A stretch of 64,000 nt of DNA from Vibrio sp. GTDB lineage: Bacteria > Pseudomonadota > Gammaproteobacteria > Enterobacterales > Vibrionaceae. The position numbers and the translations under genes were made by a program. The notes beneath the pieces were generated by a model. That model did not search any database. It was given only the letters and a program-made list of their open reading frames with translations, and was not told the origin of the DNA. This document shows, piece by piece, positions 46,803-57,998 of this stretch (position 1 is its first letter; each line of letters opens with the position of its first letter). The DNA is taken from contig JBNKRC010000001.1 of NCBI GenBank assembly GCA_050296215.1, positions 40 through 64,039 on the forward strand, in the 5' to 3' direction.

Positions 46803-48143
46803 ATGCAAGATAAACACGGCCTGCTATCCGATCCCATTAATACCGTACTGAGAAAAATGACGATTCCGATGGTCTTCGGTCTCGTATCCGTGTTGATGTT
46901 TAGCCTGGTTGATACCTTCTTTGTTTCCTTACTGGGAACCAAATCCCTTGCAGCGATGAGCTATACCTTTCCGGTAACCTTTGCCGTCAACTGCATCACA
47001 ATGGGAATCGGAACCGGGCTTTCCACCCTGATTGGACGCTCGCTCGGACGGGGCAACGTCAACAACGCCGGCACCTTAACCACTCATGGCTTACTATTAG
47101 CTTTTACTCTGGTATCTGTCACCTCTCTGGCCGGCCTCCTGACCATCAAACCGCTTTTCAGTCTGTTGGGAGCCTCCGATGACCTCATTGTACTTATCGG
47201 GCAATACATGAATACCTGGTATCTCGCCGTGCCCCTGCTGGTGATCCCAATGGCCGGCAACAGCGCGATCCGGGCGACAGGTGATACTCAGACACCGGCC
47301 AAGCTTATGATATTCTCCGGTTTAATCAATGGAGTTCTCGATCCATTACTAATTTTTGGCTTTGGTCCCTTTCCTGAACTCGGCATTCAGGGCGCCGCCG
47401 TTGCCAGCGGATTCAGCTGGTTCGGAGGACTGCTGGGATCGTTCTATATCCTGATAGTGCGGAATAAATTCATTCGTCGGCCACAATGGAACAAATTTCT
47501 GCAGGACTGGAAACGAATCCTGTCTATCGGCACACCTGCCGCACTGTCCATCGCGATGAACCCGTTATCCGGAGCCATTTTGATGACTCTGCTTTCCACC
47601 CACGGTACCGCTGCCGTAGCAGCATATGGTGCAGCGCAACGAATTGAATCTCTGTTGATTATTGTCCTGATGTCATTAACTTCTGCCTTAACTCCATTTA
47701 TGGCACAGAATTTTGGTGCCAAACAGTCCGGACGAAGCTTTAGCGCCCTGTTTTTAAGCATGCGCTTTTCCATCGTATTCCAGTTATTGGTGTTTGTGAT
47801 GATGGTGCCGATTAGTGTTCCGCTCTCCAGGTTGTTTTCTCAGGAACAACAGGTACGTGAACTGTTATGGCACTACCTGTTAGTGGTCCCGCTCAGTTAC
47901 GGTTTTCAAGGCATTGTGATGATGCTGGTTTCCGGGCTGAATGCCATGCATCAGCCGATCAAGGCGTTTAGTTGGAATTTTATGCGCCTGTTTATTTTTA
48001 CCCTGCCCGGCGCCTGGATTGGTTCTTGGTATTACGATATCGAAGGTTTGTTTATCGGTATGACCATCGGTACCACTCTGGGGGGAATCGTCGCATACCT
48101 TTATGCTCTCAGATTAAAACAGTCATACCGACCCGATGAATAG
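46803..48143 (+). CDS. MATE-family efflux transporter
   Basis: LVDTFFV, RATGDT.TP, N.VLDPLLIFG...GIQGAA; ~12 TMs. Confidence 0.93.
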   Translation: MQDKHGLLSDPINTVLRKMTIPMVFGLVSVLMFSLVDTFFVSLLGTKSLAAMSYTFPVTFAVNCITMGIGTGLSTLIGRSLGRGNVNNAGTLTTHGLLLAFTLVSVTSLAGLLTIKPLFSLLGASDDLIVLIGQYMNTWYLAVPLLVIPMAGNSAIRATGDTQTPAKLMIFSGLINGVLDPLLIFGFGPFPELGIQGAAVASGFSWFGGLLGSFYILIVRNKFIRRPQWNKFLQDWKRILSIGTPAALSIAMNPLSGAILMTLLSTHGTAAVAAYGAAQRIESLLIIVLMSLTSALTPFMAQNFGAKQSGRSFSALFLSMRFSIVFQLLVFVMMVPISVPLSRLFSQEQQVRELLWHYLLVVPLSYGFQGIVMMLVSGLNAMHQPIKAFSWNFMRLFIFTLPGAWIGSWYYDIEGLFIGMTIGTTLGGIVAYLYALRLKQSYRPDE

Positions 48144-48200
48144 AAAAAAGCCGGTAACATCGTCACCGGCCTTTTTCATGATTCATTCACTGACACAGCG

Positions 48201-48743
48201 TCAGATTTCTTCCTGTTCATCAATAATAACGTCTTCATCATCCAGATCGTCTTCATAGCCTTCTTCACTTAACGCTTCGGGCGAAATGATAATACCCGTG
48301 CTGTCGGCATACAGATAATCTTCAGGAAGGAACGTTACCCCACCGAAATTAACCGGGATATCAGCTTCGCCAACACCGTGATTAGAAGCGCCAACCGGAA
48401 TCGAAGCCACCGCCTGAATACCCAGATTCATTTCTTCCAAATCATCGATTTCGCGAACGCTACCGTAAACGACGATACCTTCCCATTCATTTTCCTCTGC
48501 AAGTGCTGCCAGTTCAGCATCGATCAGAGCACGACGCAGCGAACCACCACCATCAACCAACAGAATCCGACCGGTACCATCCTGATCCAACACATCCCGG
48601 ATTAAACCATTATCTTCATAACACTTAATCGTCGTGATCTGGCCTGCAAACGAAGTGCGACCGCCAAAATTACTAAACATTGGTTCCACAACATCAACCT
48701 GGTCAATGTACATGTCACAAAGTGCAGACGTATTGTATTCCAT
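48201..48743 (-). CDS. rraA: Regulator of RNase E activity RraA
   Basis: [30 protein letters not shown]. Confidence 0.95.
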   Translation of the reverse strand: MEYNTSALCDMYIDQVDVVEPMFSNFGGRTSFAGQITTIKCYEDNGLIRDVLDQDGTGRILLVDGGGSLRRALIDAELAALAEENEWEGIVVYGSVREIDDLEEMNLGIQAVASIPVGASNHGVGEADIPVNFGGVTFLPEDYLYADSTGIIISPEALSEEGYEDDLDDEDVIIDEQEEI

Positions 48744-48819
48744 AGAGGTAGCTCTCATAACGAAGGTCTTCTCAGTTGAGTATAAAGGGTGAATAAGTCA
48801 TTGCAATGACAAAGCTCAA

Positions 48820-49740
48820 TTAACTAACAATAGTTTGAGCAACTAATACCGCAACAAACAGTAAATTGGTTACCACCGAGCATTTAACAATCACCGGTAA
48901 CATCGGTGCAATCTGTACCGGATAGCGAGCCTGTTTAACGGCGGTTGCATGCTTAGTCACAACAATCAGACTCAGAGCAAACGGCAATCCTAGCCATACC
49001 GGCTCCGTTTGCAGTACCAGATAACCACTAAAGGCGATAAATGCGCCGAATATCAGAGAAAAGTGATATTTCTTAGCCAGTTCCGGGCCCAAACGTACCG
49101 CAACCGTTCGCTTACCACACTCTTGGTCATTTTCAATATCGCGCATGTTATTCACATTCAATACCGCGACAGCAAACAGACCACAGCCAATTGACGGCAA
49201 CAATAAGCGTGATTCAATCACTCCGGTATGCAGAAAATAGGTACCGCACACCCCAAGCAGACCAAAAAAGATAAAAACCGATAAATCACCCAGCCCCACA
49301 TACCCGTATGGTTTATTACCCACGGTATAAGCGATCGCCGCCAGCATAGCCAGTACACCAAGTCCGATAAATGCGATGATGCTTTCAACGGAATTTAAAG
49401 CATACAGGATCAGGCACAAGCCGGATAACATGGTCAGAACAAGGTTAATCACAATCGCCTGACGCATCTCTTTCAGTGTCACTGCGCCTGACTGCAGGGC
49501 CCGTACTGGTCCCAGACGGGCATCGTTGTCAGTGCCTTTGACAGCATCGCCATAATCGTTAGCCAGGTTAGACAGAATCTGAAGTAAAATCGCAGTCAGT
49601 AAAGAAAGCAGTGCCACCATAGGAGAAAAATGTCCCATCGAGAAAGCGAGCGAGCTTCCGGTCAGAATGGAGACTAATGCCAATGGCAATGTTTTAGGTC
49701 TTGCGGCACTGAGCCAAACGGATATTGAGCGATTCATCAT
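48820..49740 (-). CDS. menA: 1,4-dihydroxy-2-naphthoate polyprenyltransferase
   Basis: RPKTLP, NLANDYGD..KGTD, NNMRDIEND...GKRT. Confidence 0.96.
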   Translation of the reverse strand: MMNRSISVWLSAARPKTLPLALVSILTGSSLAFSMGHFSPMVALLSLLTAILLQILSNLANDYGDAVKGTDNDARLGPVRALQSGAVTLKEMRQAIVINLVLTMLSGLCLILYALNSVESIIAFIGLGVLAMLAAIAYTVGNKPYGYVGLGDLSVFIFFGLLGVCGTYFLHTGVIESRLLLPSIGCGLFAVAVLNVNNMRDIENDQECGKRTVAVRLGPELAKKYHFSLIFGAFIAFSGYLVLQTEPVWLGLPFALSLIVVTKHATAVKQARYPVQIAPMLPVIVKCSVVTNLLFVAVLVAQTIVS

Positions 49741-49873
49741 TCAGGCTAATTTAAATACGTTAACTGCTATTATACGCCCAAATGGCTTATATGAAAAAGC
49801 CCGTCTGTGACGGGCTTGATCTTAACACCTAAAAGGCATACCTATAAATGCACCATAATGCATAAAGACAAAT

Positions 49874-51208
49874 CTACAGGATAAAGCGGGTTAAGTCTTC
49901 ATCTTCAACCAAATCACCCAGACAGTTTTTCACATATTCCTGATCGATAGTGAAGGTTGAGCCGGAGCGCTCGGAAGCATCGAACGAAATTTCATCCATT
50001 AAACGTTCCAATACGGTATGCAGGCGACGGGCACCGATGTTTTCGGTGGTTTCATTAACACGCCATGCCGCTTCAGCAATCTGAGTGATCCCGTCTTCGG
50101 TAAATTCCAGATTCACGTCTTCTGTTTTCATCAGCGCCATATACTGTTCGGTCAGTGAGGCTTTAGGCTCGGTCAGAATACGTTTAAAGTCTCCGCTGGA
50201 GAGAGCTTCCAGCTCAACACGAATCGGCAGACGACCCTGTAATTCAGGAATCAGATCCGATGGTTTTGCCACCTGGAAGGCACCGGAGGCGATAAACAGG
50301 ATATGATCGGTATGAACCATGCCGTGTTTAGTCGAAACCGTACTGCCCTCAATTAGGGGAAGCAGATCGCGCTGAACCCCTTCACGGGAGACATCCGGCC
50401 CCGATACTTCACCGCGCTTACAGATCTTGTCGATTTCATCAATAAACACGATGCCATTGTTTTCAACGTTGAAGATCGCCTGCTCTTTCAGCTCTTCCTG
50501 ATTCACCAGTTTCGCCGCTTCTTCTTCCGCCATCGCTTTAAGTGCGTCTTTTACCTTCATCTTGCGTTTTTTCTTGGTATCACCTGCAAGATTCTGGAAC
50601 ATCCCCTGAAGCTGGTTGGTCATTTCTTCCATACCCGGAGGTGCCATAATTTCTACACCCATCTGAGGTGCCGCGACTTTAATTTCGATCTCTTTATCAT
50701 CCAGATCGCCTTCACGCAGTTTTTTACGAAAAACCTGACGGGTTTTAGAGCTGTCTTCCGTCGGAGCTTCACTCTGTCCCCAGGCATCTCGAGGCGGAGG
50801 AAGTAATGCATCCAGTACTCGGTCTTCGGCTAACTCTTCAGCGCGGTATTTCACTTTTTCCATCGCTTGCTGATGAGTCATTTTTACCGCCACATCGGTA
50901 AGATCGCGGATGATACTCTCCACTTCTTTACCTACATAGCCAACTTCAGTGAATTTCGTCGCTTCGACTTTAATAAACGGTGCATTCGCCAGTTTAGCCA
51001 GACGACGGGCAATCTCGGTTTTACCCACCCCGGTAGGACCAATCATCAAAATATTTTTTGGTGAAACTTCGACGCGCAGGCTTTCATCAAGCTGCATACG
51101 ACGCCAGCGGTTACGCAGTGCAATCGCGACAGCGCGTTTTGCTTTATCCTGACCGATAATATGGCGGTTCAGTTCATGAACAATTTCACGAGGTGTCATT
51201 TCAGACAT
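49874..51208 (-). CDS. hslU: ATP-dependent protease ATPase HslU
   Basis: [30 protein letters not shown]. Confidence 0.98.
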   Translation of the reverse strand: MSEMTPREIVHELNRHIIGQDKAKRAVAIALRNRWRRMQLDESLRVEVSPKNILMIGPTGVGKTEIARRLAKLANAPFIKVEATKFTEVGYVGKEVESIIRDLTDVAVKMTHQQAMEKVKYRAEELAEDRVLDALLPPPRDAWGQSEAPTEDSSKTRQVFRKKLREGDLDDKEIEIKVAAPQMGVEIMAPPGMEEMTNQLQGMFQNLAGDTKKKRKMKVKDALKAMAEEEAAKLVNQEELKEQAIFNVENNGIVFIDEIDKICKRGEVSGPDVSREGVQRDLLPLIEGSTVSTKHGMVHTDHILFIASGAFQVAKPSDLIPELQGRLPIRVELEALSSGDFKRILTEPKASLTEQYMALMKTEDVNLEFTEDGITQIAEAAWRVNETTENIGARRLHTVLERLMDEISFDASERSGSTFTIDQEYVKNCLGDLVEDEDLTRFIL

Positions 51209-51245
51209 AATTAACAATCCTTAACTTTGGGTAACACGCTATCTT

Positions 51246-51797
51246 TTATTTTTCTTCAACCGATTGTGTTTCGGGAACATCTAGTTCTTCGATAGTGTGA
51301 TGATGGTTGGTAAAGACACAGATATCGCCGGCAATATTCAACGCCTTCTCGGCAATAGTGCGAGCGTCCAAATCCGTATTTTCCAGCAATGCCGTCGCCG
51401 CTGCCTGGGCAAAATTACCACCGGAACCGATAGCAATCAGATCATGCTCCGGCTGAACCACGTCACCGTTACCCGTAATGATCAGCGATGCCGTTTCATC
51501 AGCCACGGCCAGAATGGCCTCCAGACGGCGTAACGCGCGGTCACTGCGCCAGTCTTTAGCAAGCTCAACCGCAGCCTTGGTCAGATGCCCCTGATGCATC
51601 TGCAGTTTACTTTCAAAACGTTCAAACAAAGTAAAAGCATCCGCGGTGCCACCGGCAAACCCCGCCAAGACCTTATTGTTATACAGACGGCGCACCTTAC
51701 GGGCGTTGCCTTTCATCACGGTATTGCCCAGCGATACTTGCCCGTCACCGGCGATCACAACTTTATTATTACGACGTACTGATACGATGGTAGTCAC
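51246..51797 (-). CDS. hslV: ATP-dependent protease subunit HslV
   Basis: GTG start then TTIVSVRR (catalytic Thr), GSGG, ICVFTN. Confidence 0.97.
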   Translation of the reverse strand: MTTIVSVRRNNKVVIAGDGQVSLGNTVMKGNARKVRRLYNNKVLAGFAGGTADAFTLFERFESKLQMHQGHLTKAAVELAKDWRSDRALRRLEAILAVADETASLIITGNGDVVQPEHDLIAIGSGGNFAQAAATALLENTDLDARTIAEKALNIAGDICVFTNHHHTIEELDVPETQSVEEK

Positions 51798-51839
51798 GAG
51801 GTGCCTCTTACTTTTTGTTTCTGATGTTGATAAAAAAGT

Positions 51840-51868
51840 ATATGAGGACAAGCAGAAGAGAATTCAAG
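51840..51868 (-). promoter_or_regulatory. sigma32 promoter of hslVU
   Basis: Minus strand CTTGAA-N15-CCTCATAT. Confidence 0.6.
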
Positions 51869-51920
51869 AGGTGATGTGATTTTGCACACCACCTCCTGAG
51901 AGGTTCATTTAACCAGGCCG

Positions 51921-52469
51921 CTACTGAGGTTCTTTCCAGATTGCGCAAGGCTCAATTTTCGCCCGCTGCAATTTATGCTTATCACGTTCCGCATCACGCT
52001 TAAATTTATATGGCCCCAACACCACCCGGTACCAGCTACTCTCCTCTTTTTTGCGAATTTTGCTGGTGATCCCCTGAAAAGCAATCATTGCCTTGCGCTC
52101 TTCAGCCTGAGCCATGGTTTTATACGCTCCGCACTGCATAATGTAAGGTATCTCGGAAACAACCAGCTCCTTGGCCGTCACTTCAATTTCCTTGTTCGGC
52201 AGAATTTTTTCGTAATCCCACTCCTGTGCCGGGGGTGGTGGCAGAACTTCTTTTTTCGTTGCTTTAGGCTTTGGTGCCGGAGCCGGCCTGCTCACTTGCT
52301 TTTTCGGCGGTTCAGGGCTCTGGCTGAGAAACGTTAAGCCATAGCCAAAGATCGAAACGGCGGCAATGGCAATCAGACCACTACGAACAGGCAGGGGTCG
52401 GCGCGTTTTCTTCGGCGCGGGTTTTCGTTTTGACCCACTGCCTCGTCTTACATAATCTTTACTGGCCAC
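51921..52469 (-). CDS. ftsN: Cell division protein FtsN (SPOR domain)
   Basis: KDYV N-terminus, TM, W.Y...L essential segment, QCGAY...WYRVVLGPY SPOR domain. Confidence 0.9.
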   Translation of the reverse strand: MASKDYVRRGSGSKRKPAPKKTRRPLPVRSGLIAIAAVSIFGYGLTFLSQSPEPPKKQVSRPAPAPKPKATKKEVLPPPPAQEWDYEKILPNKEIEVTAKELVVSEIPYIMQCGAYKTMAQAEERKAMIAFQGITSKIRKKEESSWYRVVLGPYKFKRDAERDKHKLQRAKIEPCAIWKEPQ

Positions 52470-52562
52470 AATTACTTAGAATTTTTCCAAACATGGGACC
52501 TATGGTAATGGAAGAACGTAGTTTAACTCAACCGTGATATACATGATCGAGTCATAAACCGG

Positions 52563-53570
52563 TCAGAGAGATCGTGGCGGCGCGACACTGTCCCGAATCA
52601 CCAGTTTGGTTTCAAGCAGGCGGGAACCGGCAACCACATCGTTGCCACGCAACACTTCAATCATCATCAGCATAGCCTGACGGCCAATTTCATATTTAGG
52701 CTGAGCCACTGTAGTCAACGGAGGATCGCAATATTGTGCAAATTTAATATCATCAAAACCCACCACCGAAAGATCCTGAGGAACACGCAGCCCTAACCGC
52801 TTCGCCTCCTGAATCGCACCTATCGCCATCATATCGTTATGACAGAAGATCGCGGTTGGCGGCAAACTAAGATTCAACAACTGACGCACCGCTTTTGCTC
52901 CGGCTTCAAACGAGAAATCACCAAACAACAGATACGACGGATTCATCGTCAGATTTCCCCGGCGCAGTGCCTGTAGATATCCCTGGTGGCGGAACTGACA
53001 TAATGCCGCATTTTCAGGACCGGATACTTCAGCGATTTTTTTGTGGCCCATCTGAGTCAGATAGTTCACCACCTCAAATGCAGAAGTCAGATTATCGATA
53101 TGTACCGTAGGTAATTCCAGTTCCGGCGCATATTCACAAGCCATCACCATTGGCGGAAGATTCTTCTGCTCCGGTTTGCTGGCATCAAACGGCAGGTCCG
53201 TTCCCAGCAACAACATACCATCCGCCTGTTTGGTAAAGACTAAATTTACAAATGAGCTTTCTCGACGTTTCTGCTGAGCACTGTCACCGAGTAACACCAG
53301 ATAACCGTGCTCAACCGCAGCATCTTCGATACCCCGGATAATTTCAGAAAAATAGGGATCACAAATATCCGGCACGATAGTGACGATTGTTTTTGATTCA
53401 TTACGACGCAGATTGCGGGCCAGAGAATTGGGTGAATACCCCGACTCAAAAACCGCCTCTTCAACTCTTTTGCGCGTCGTGGGTGATACTTTTTCTGGGT
53501 TCATTAATGCCCGAGATACCGTCGCGGTCGACACTCCTGCAAGCTGAGCAACGTCCTTCATTGTTGCCAT
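52563..53570 (-). CDS. cytR: LacI-family regulator CytR
   Basis: ATMKDVAQLAGVSTATVSR; priA-cytR-ftsN synteny. Confidence 0.95.
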   Translation of the reverse strand: MATMKDVAQLAGVSTATVSRALMNPEKVSPTTRKRVEEAVFESGYSPNSLARNLRRNESKTIVTIVPDICDPYFSEIIRGIEDAAVEHGYLVLLGDSAQQKRRESSFVNLVFTKQADGMLLLGTDLPFDASKPEQKNLPPMVMACEYAPELELPTVHIDNLTSAFEVVNYLTQMGHKKIAEVSGPENAALCQFRHQGYLQALRRGNLTMNPSYLLFGDFSFEAGAKAVRQLLNLSLPPTAIFCHNDMMAIGAIQEAKRLGLRVPQDLSVVGFDDIKFAQYCDPPLTTVAQPKYEIGRQAMLMMIEVLRGNDVVAGSRLLETKLVIRDSVAPPRSL

Positions 53571-53710
53571 ACTGATTCACCCTCTTGATTAATCCTGACA
53601 AAGATGTTTGCATACAATTTATCGTTGTCCGGCAAAATTGATGCACTTGCCTAGTGTAAGCAATTCATGAAGTAAAATGTCGGTCTATCTAACAAATCTT
53701 GCATTATAAG

Positions 53711-53726
53711 TGTGAAGAAGTTCACG
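53711..53726. promoter_or_regulatory. CRP site upstream of cytR
   Basis: TGTGA-N6-TCACG. Confidence 0.6.
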
Positions 53727-53840
53727 TTAAGAGGTATTTGAATTTACTGATACAATTGCCGATATCCTGCCGCCGGTATGGATTAAAGGCTGTAGCACAA
53801 GAATAACAGCCCCGGCACTCATAATCACCGGAAGGAATCA

Positions 53841-56042
53841 TCAGGAGAGATCGTACGGCTCAATATCCAGGTTCCATTTTACTTTCGAGGCCAGCGGTAA
53901 CATGGCAATTGCAGGCTTCGTCCCGGTCAACAGGTGTTGCATCACTGAACGGGTCTGAGTCTGCAACAGGAGATGCCAGCGGTATTTCCCGGCCCGTTTT
54001 GCCAGCGGTGCAGGAACCGGTCCTAATACGGTACAGCTGTCATCAAACAAAGGATGGACTTCAAATGTCTGACGAACCTGACGCAGAAAGTTTTCGACTT
54101 GCTCAGTAGTGGTCGACTCCGCCCGGATCAGAGTCAGAAAAGTGAATGGCGGCAGCCAGGCCATTTTTCGCTCAGCCAGTGCTGACTGAGCAAAATGACC
54201 GTAATCCTTCTCGACCAGAGCTCTTAGCAGGGTATGCTCCGGGTGATGAGTCTGTAATACTACCTCACCCGGCTTACTGGCCCGGCCTGCACGGCCAGCA
54301 ACCTGGATAAATAACTGCGCCAGACGCTCTGCCGAACGAAAATCACTGCTGTATAACGCGCTGTCCACGTCCAGTAAACCAACAAGAGTCACATCAGGAA
54401 AATGATGGCCTTTAGCCAGCATCTGAGTACCGATTAAAATCTGGTATTCTCCCTGATGGATAGAATTCAGTGCCTGTTCCAGACTCCCCTTGCGCCGGGT
54501 GCTGTCACGATCAATACGTAAGGTTTTATATTCCGGGAATAAACTCTCCAGCTGCTTTTCAAGCTGTTCCGTCCCGACCCCGACGGTCACCAGATTAGTG
54601 GAGCCACAGGACTGACACTGATGAATAACCGGACGCTGTGAACCGCAGTGATGACAGCGTAGTTCGTTACTATTCTGATGATAGGTGTAATAGGCATCAC
54701 AGCGTTTACACTCGGCCAGCCATCCACACTCATGGCACATTAACGCCGGTGAAAATCCGCGCCGGTTTAAAAACAGTAACACTTGATTACCGGCAGCGAG
54801 ATGACGCCTCATTTCGGCAATCAATGGCGCCGACAGCCCGCCTTCCAGATAAAGGTCTTTAATATCTAATACCCGGTTTCGTGTCGGTGAGGCCTGCCCG
54901 GCACGCTGAGTTAATTTAAGATGATGATATTTACCGCTTAGCGCATTATGTAATGTTTCCAGAGCTGGTGTTGCCGATCCTAAAATAACCGGAATATTTT
55001 CCTGGCTGGCACGCATCACCGCAACGTCTCTGGCATGATAGCGCAGACTGTCCTGCTGTTTGTAAGAGCTGTCATGTTCTTCATCGACAATAATAATACC
55101 AAGCTTCTTAAATGGTGCGAACAAAGCCGAGCGGGTGCCGATGACGATGCCCGCCTGACCATCACGGGCGCCTAACCACGCATTTAAGCGTTCAGTATCG
55201 TTTAACCCGGAATGAATCACTTCGATAGGCACATCGAAACGGCGCTTGAAGCGATTGATGGTTTGCGGCGTCAGCCCGATTTCTGGAACCAGAATCAATG
55301 CCTGTTCACCACGAGCCAGCACCGGAGCAATTAAATTTAAATAAACTTCCGTCTTACCCGATCCGGTGACGCCGTCGAGCAGATAACAGGCAAAATCAGA
55401 GTGACTGTTCACCGTGGCCACCGCCACAGCCTGTTCCTGATTGATTTTAGGCTTATCGAATTGGTTTTCCGGCTCTGACGGCCAGCTTCCGGCTTCCGGC
55501 AAGCGTTCTGCGCACTCGACCCAGCCTTTCTCTTCCAGCGTAGTCAGTACCGAACGGGGAATTTCCTGCTCAATAAACTCTTCATGACTCACAGACCCCG
55601 CCTGCAGCATCGATAGGACTTTGGCTTGTTTGACGGCCCGTCCCAGTCCCTGCATCAGACGGTCCCGCCCGGATTCGGTCAGTGACCACTGAATCACCGG
55701 CGCCAGAGCTGCACCTTTGCCTTTACGTAACGCAGCCGGCATCGCAATCGCAAAGGTGTCTCCCAGCGGATAGTGATAAAACTGACTGCACCAGTTGATT
55801 AAAGCATAAAGCTCTGCGTTCCATAGCGGTTCGCTATCCAGCACTTCCTGTATCGGTTTTAACTTTTCCGGAGGCAGATCCGATTGAGTAACAAATCCGG
55901 TAACGACGCCGACTAGCGTCTGACGGCCAAACGGCACACTCACCCGTCCGCCAATAACCGGAAAGCAATGGCTCGGAATAAGATAGTCAAATTGCTTATC
56001 AAGTGGAACGGGCAACGCTACACGTGCAATAGTCGGGCGCAT
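53841..56042 (-). CDS. priA: Primosomal protein N' (helicase)
   Basis: GVTGSGKTEVY, DEEH, SATP, Cys-rich zinc region, QVAGRAGR. Confidence 0.98.
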   Translation of the reverse strand: MRPTIARVALPVPLDKQFDYLIPSHCFPVIGGRVSVPFGRQTLVGVVTGFVTQSDLPPEKLKPIQEVLDSEPLWNAELYALINWCSQFYHYPLGDTFAIAMPAALRKGKGAALAPVIQWSLTESGRDRLMQGLGRAVKQAKVLSMLQAGSVSHEEFIEQEIPRSVLTTLEEKGWVECAERLPEAGSWPSEPENQFDKPKINQEQAVAVATVNSHSDFACYLLDGVTGSGKTEVYLNLIAPVLARGEQALILVPEIGLTPQTINRFKRRFDVPIEVIHSGLNDTERLNAWLGARDGQAGIVIGTRSALFAPFKKLGIIIVDEEHDSSYKQQDSLRYHARDVAVMRASQENIPVILGSATPALETLHNALSGKYHHLKLTQRAGQASPTRNRVLDIKDLYLEGGLSAPLIAEMRRHLAAGNQVLLFLNRRGFSPALMCHECGWLAECKRCDAYYTYHQNSNELRCHHCGSQRPVIHQCQSCGSTNLVTVGVGTEQLEKQLESLFPEYKTLRIDRDSTRRKGSLEQALNSIHQGEYQILIGTQMLAKGHHFPDVTLVGLLDVDSALYSSDFRSAERLAQLFIQVAGRAGRASKPGEVVLQTHHPEHTLLRALVEKDYGHFAQSALAERKMAWLPPFTFLTLIRAESTTTEQVENFLRQVRQTFEVHPLFDDSCTVLGPVPAPLAKRAGKYRWHLLLQTQTRSVMQHLLTGTKPAIAMLPLASKVKWNLDIEPYDLS

Positions 56043-56225
56043 GGCAAAAATTCTGCATCAAAAAGGAACTGACAGTCTAAACGATGAATTTATTAATTTC
56101 GAGCGGTTAAAGTGGTGAAAATAACGTCAAAACAGGTTGATCCAACCACGACTATTCTTTAATATAGCGCGCCTTAAAGCTGTATCGATATTTTCGGACT
56201 GCTTTAGCTACTTTTATTAACGATA

Positions 56226-56264
56226 CGTGTGGTGTCCGGCAACGATCCGGATAGCGACACGGCC
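56226..56264 (+). promoter_or_regulatory. rpmE (L31) leader, probable autoregulatory RNA structure
   Basis: CGTGTGGTGTCCGG...CCGGATAGCGACACGGCC hairpin resembling the gammaproteobacterial rpmE 5' UTR. Confidence 0.65.
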
Positions 56265-56282
56265 CAATATTGAGGTTATCCC

Positions 56283-56501
56283 ATGAAAGCTGGTATCCAC
56301 CCAGAATACAAAGAAGTAAATGCAACTTGCTCTTGCGGCAACGCGTTCACTTTCAAATCTACTCTAGATAAAGATTCTCTACACCTTGACGTATGTGACA
56401 AATGTCACCCATTCTACACTGGTAAACAACGTATCGTTGATACCGGTGGTCGTGTTGATCGCTTCAACAAACGTTTCGGTGCTCTTTCAAGCAAGAAGTA
56501 A
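56283..56501 (+). CDS. rpmE: 50S ribosomal protein L31 (zinc-binding type A)
   Basis: [34 protein letters not shown]. Confidence 0.98.
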   Translation: MKAGIHPEYKEVNATCSCGNAFTFKSTLDKDSLHLDVCDKCHPFYTGKQRIVDTGGRVDRFNKRFGALSSKK

Positions 56502-56542
56502 TCACTTCCTGACACTGAATGTAAAAAGGACGCGATATCGCG

Positions 56543-57971
56543 TAATGCCGGTCAGTTAAGCTGACTGGCATTTCTTTTATTAGGGTATTTACTTGGTTTA
56601 GGTTTCACCACCCTCGGATATACTCTGTCTTCTCGCCTTATTGGTAGCCGATATACACCAAGTTGTTCTATGAGGAACTCGTAGTGCTTAGGTAAATTAC
56701 CGGGACTCGTTAATGGTAAAGTCTTTAGATATACCAATACTGCTCGTGAACAGCTTGCAAAACTTAATTGGTTCGGCCAGATATCTTGTTTATGCGCTGC
56801 TTCTGTCATTGCCTGACGGATAAGGTTGTAAGCTAATAAAAGCCCCCATAACTCCTGCTCTACCATCTCTGGCTTTTTGCTTCTTAGCGTGTACTGGCTA
56901 TTGAGCAGCGTTTGTTTCATTTCACGATAGCCAAGTTCAATTTCCCAACGGTGGCTGTACAAGTCTACGATTTCCGAACCAGGGTAACGGATTGGGTCTG
57001 TCATAGAGGTAATGACTTTGTAGTTTTTTCCTTTAATGGTTTTACTCACGAGTCTTGCTTCAACGTACTCAGGTAACTCTGGATTTTGCTTACGAGCTTG
57101 AGGTGTAGTCGTTAAACGTATGTGATTGTCTTGGCGACCATTTGAATGGAGAACTTCATATTGTAAGTCTTTTTTAGCAGGGATAAGCCAATGCTTTTCA
57201 TTTCCTGATTGATGCCATTTATAGAGTAGATTTAACGAATAAAATCCTTTATCAAACAGGGTTAAGCTGTTGTTTGGTGTCGCGCCTATAAGCTCTTCGG
57301 CAAGCTTCATTTCATTTGTCCGATAACCACTAAACACGCTATTTAATAACTGATGGCTTGTTAGCTCCATATGACAAACCATCCGAATTTGTGGAAAAGA
57401 TGTTTGTCCGTGTTGGTTGGATGGAGAGCCAAATTGTTCTCTATTTTCTTCACTATCCGACGTACGCCAGACAACACCATCTACGGCTAATAAATTTAAT
57501 CCGCACCATGTTTCAAATTGAGTTTGATGGAAGAAGTGTTGAGCCATCATTTGAAAAACAAGTCTGACACTCTCGGCACCTAACCGCTGTCTTGCTTGAA
57601 CCAAGGCGCTAGGAGCAACAAGTGGCTTTTTCCCTGGCAACATTAAATCCATATGTGTAGCCAGATCCCATACCGATTGCTGACGATATAGGCTCATACC
57701 AATAACTGACCACATAACGGCTTCTAGTGGTAGTCGACGCTTTCTAACGGTTGCAACACCGGCTGTTTGGAATGCCTGACGAACAATATCATCATCTAAA
57801 AACTGATTGAGCTTTTCATAGCTTAAGAAGTCTTGATTAGATTCAACAGTGGTACACAGAGCTTGTTCTAGGTTCATAAAAAAATCCGACATCATTACTG
57901 ATATCGGATTTTTACATGTTCTAAGGATCGTTCAACTGATCTGCTAATTTTCTCTTAACTGATCGGCATTA
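56543..57971 (-). mobile_element. IS4-family insertion sequence, 1429 bp
   Basis: 18-bp terminal inverted repeats TAATGCCGGTCAGTTAAG and CTTAACTGATCGGCATTA (1 mismatch, E. coli IS4-type ends); no flanking direct repeat. Confidence 0.95.
56552..57895 (-). CDS. IS4-family DDE transposase
   Basis: AVDG, FDKGF and [13 protein letters not shown] (YREK) motifs. Confidence 0.96.
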   Translation of the reverse strand: MMSDFFMNLEQALCTTVESNQDFLSYEKLNQFLDDDIVRQAFQTAGVATVRKRRLPLEAVMWSVIGMSLYRQQSVWDLATHMDLMLPGKKPLVAPSALVQARQRLGAESVRLVFQMMAQHFFHQTQFETWCGLNLLAVDGVVWRTSDSEENREQFGSPSNQHGQTSFPQIRMVCHMELTSHQLLNSVFSGYRTNEMKLAEELIGATPNNSLTLFDKGFYSLNLLYKWHQSGNEKHWLIPAKKDLQYEVLHSNGRQDNHIRLTTTPQARKQNPELPEYVEARLVSKTIKGKNYKVITSMTDPIRYPGSEIVDLYSHRWEIELGYREMKQTLLNSQYTLRSKKPEMVEQELWGLLLAYNLIRQAMTEAAHKQDIWPNQLSFASCSRAVLVYLKTLPLTSPGNLPKHYEFLIEQLGVYRLPIRREDRVYPRVVKPKPSKYPNKRNASQLN

Positions 57972-57998
57972 GGCATTGCCTCCTTTTTTCATTCAGAT

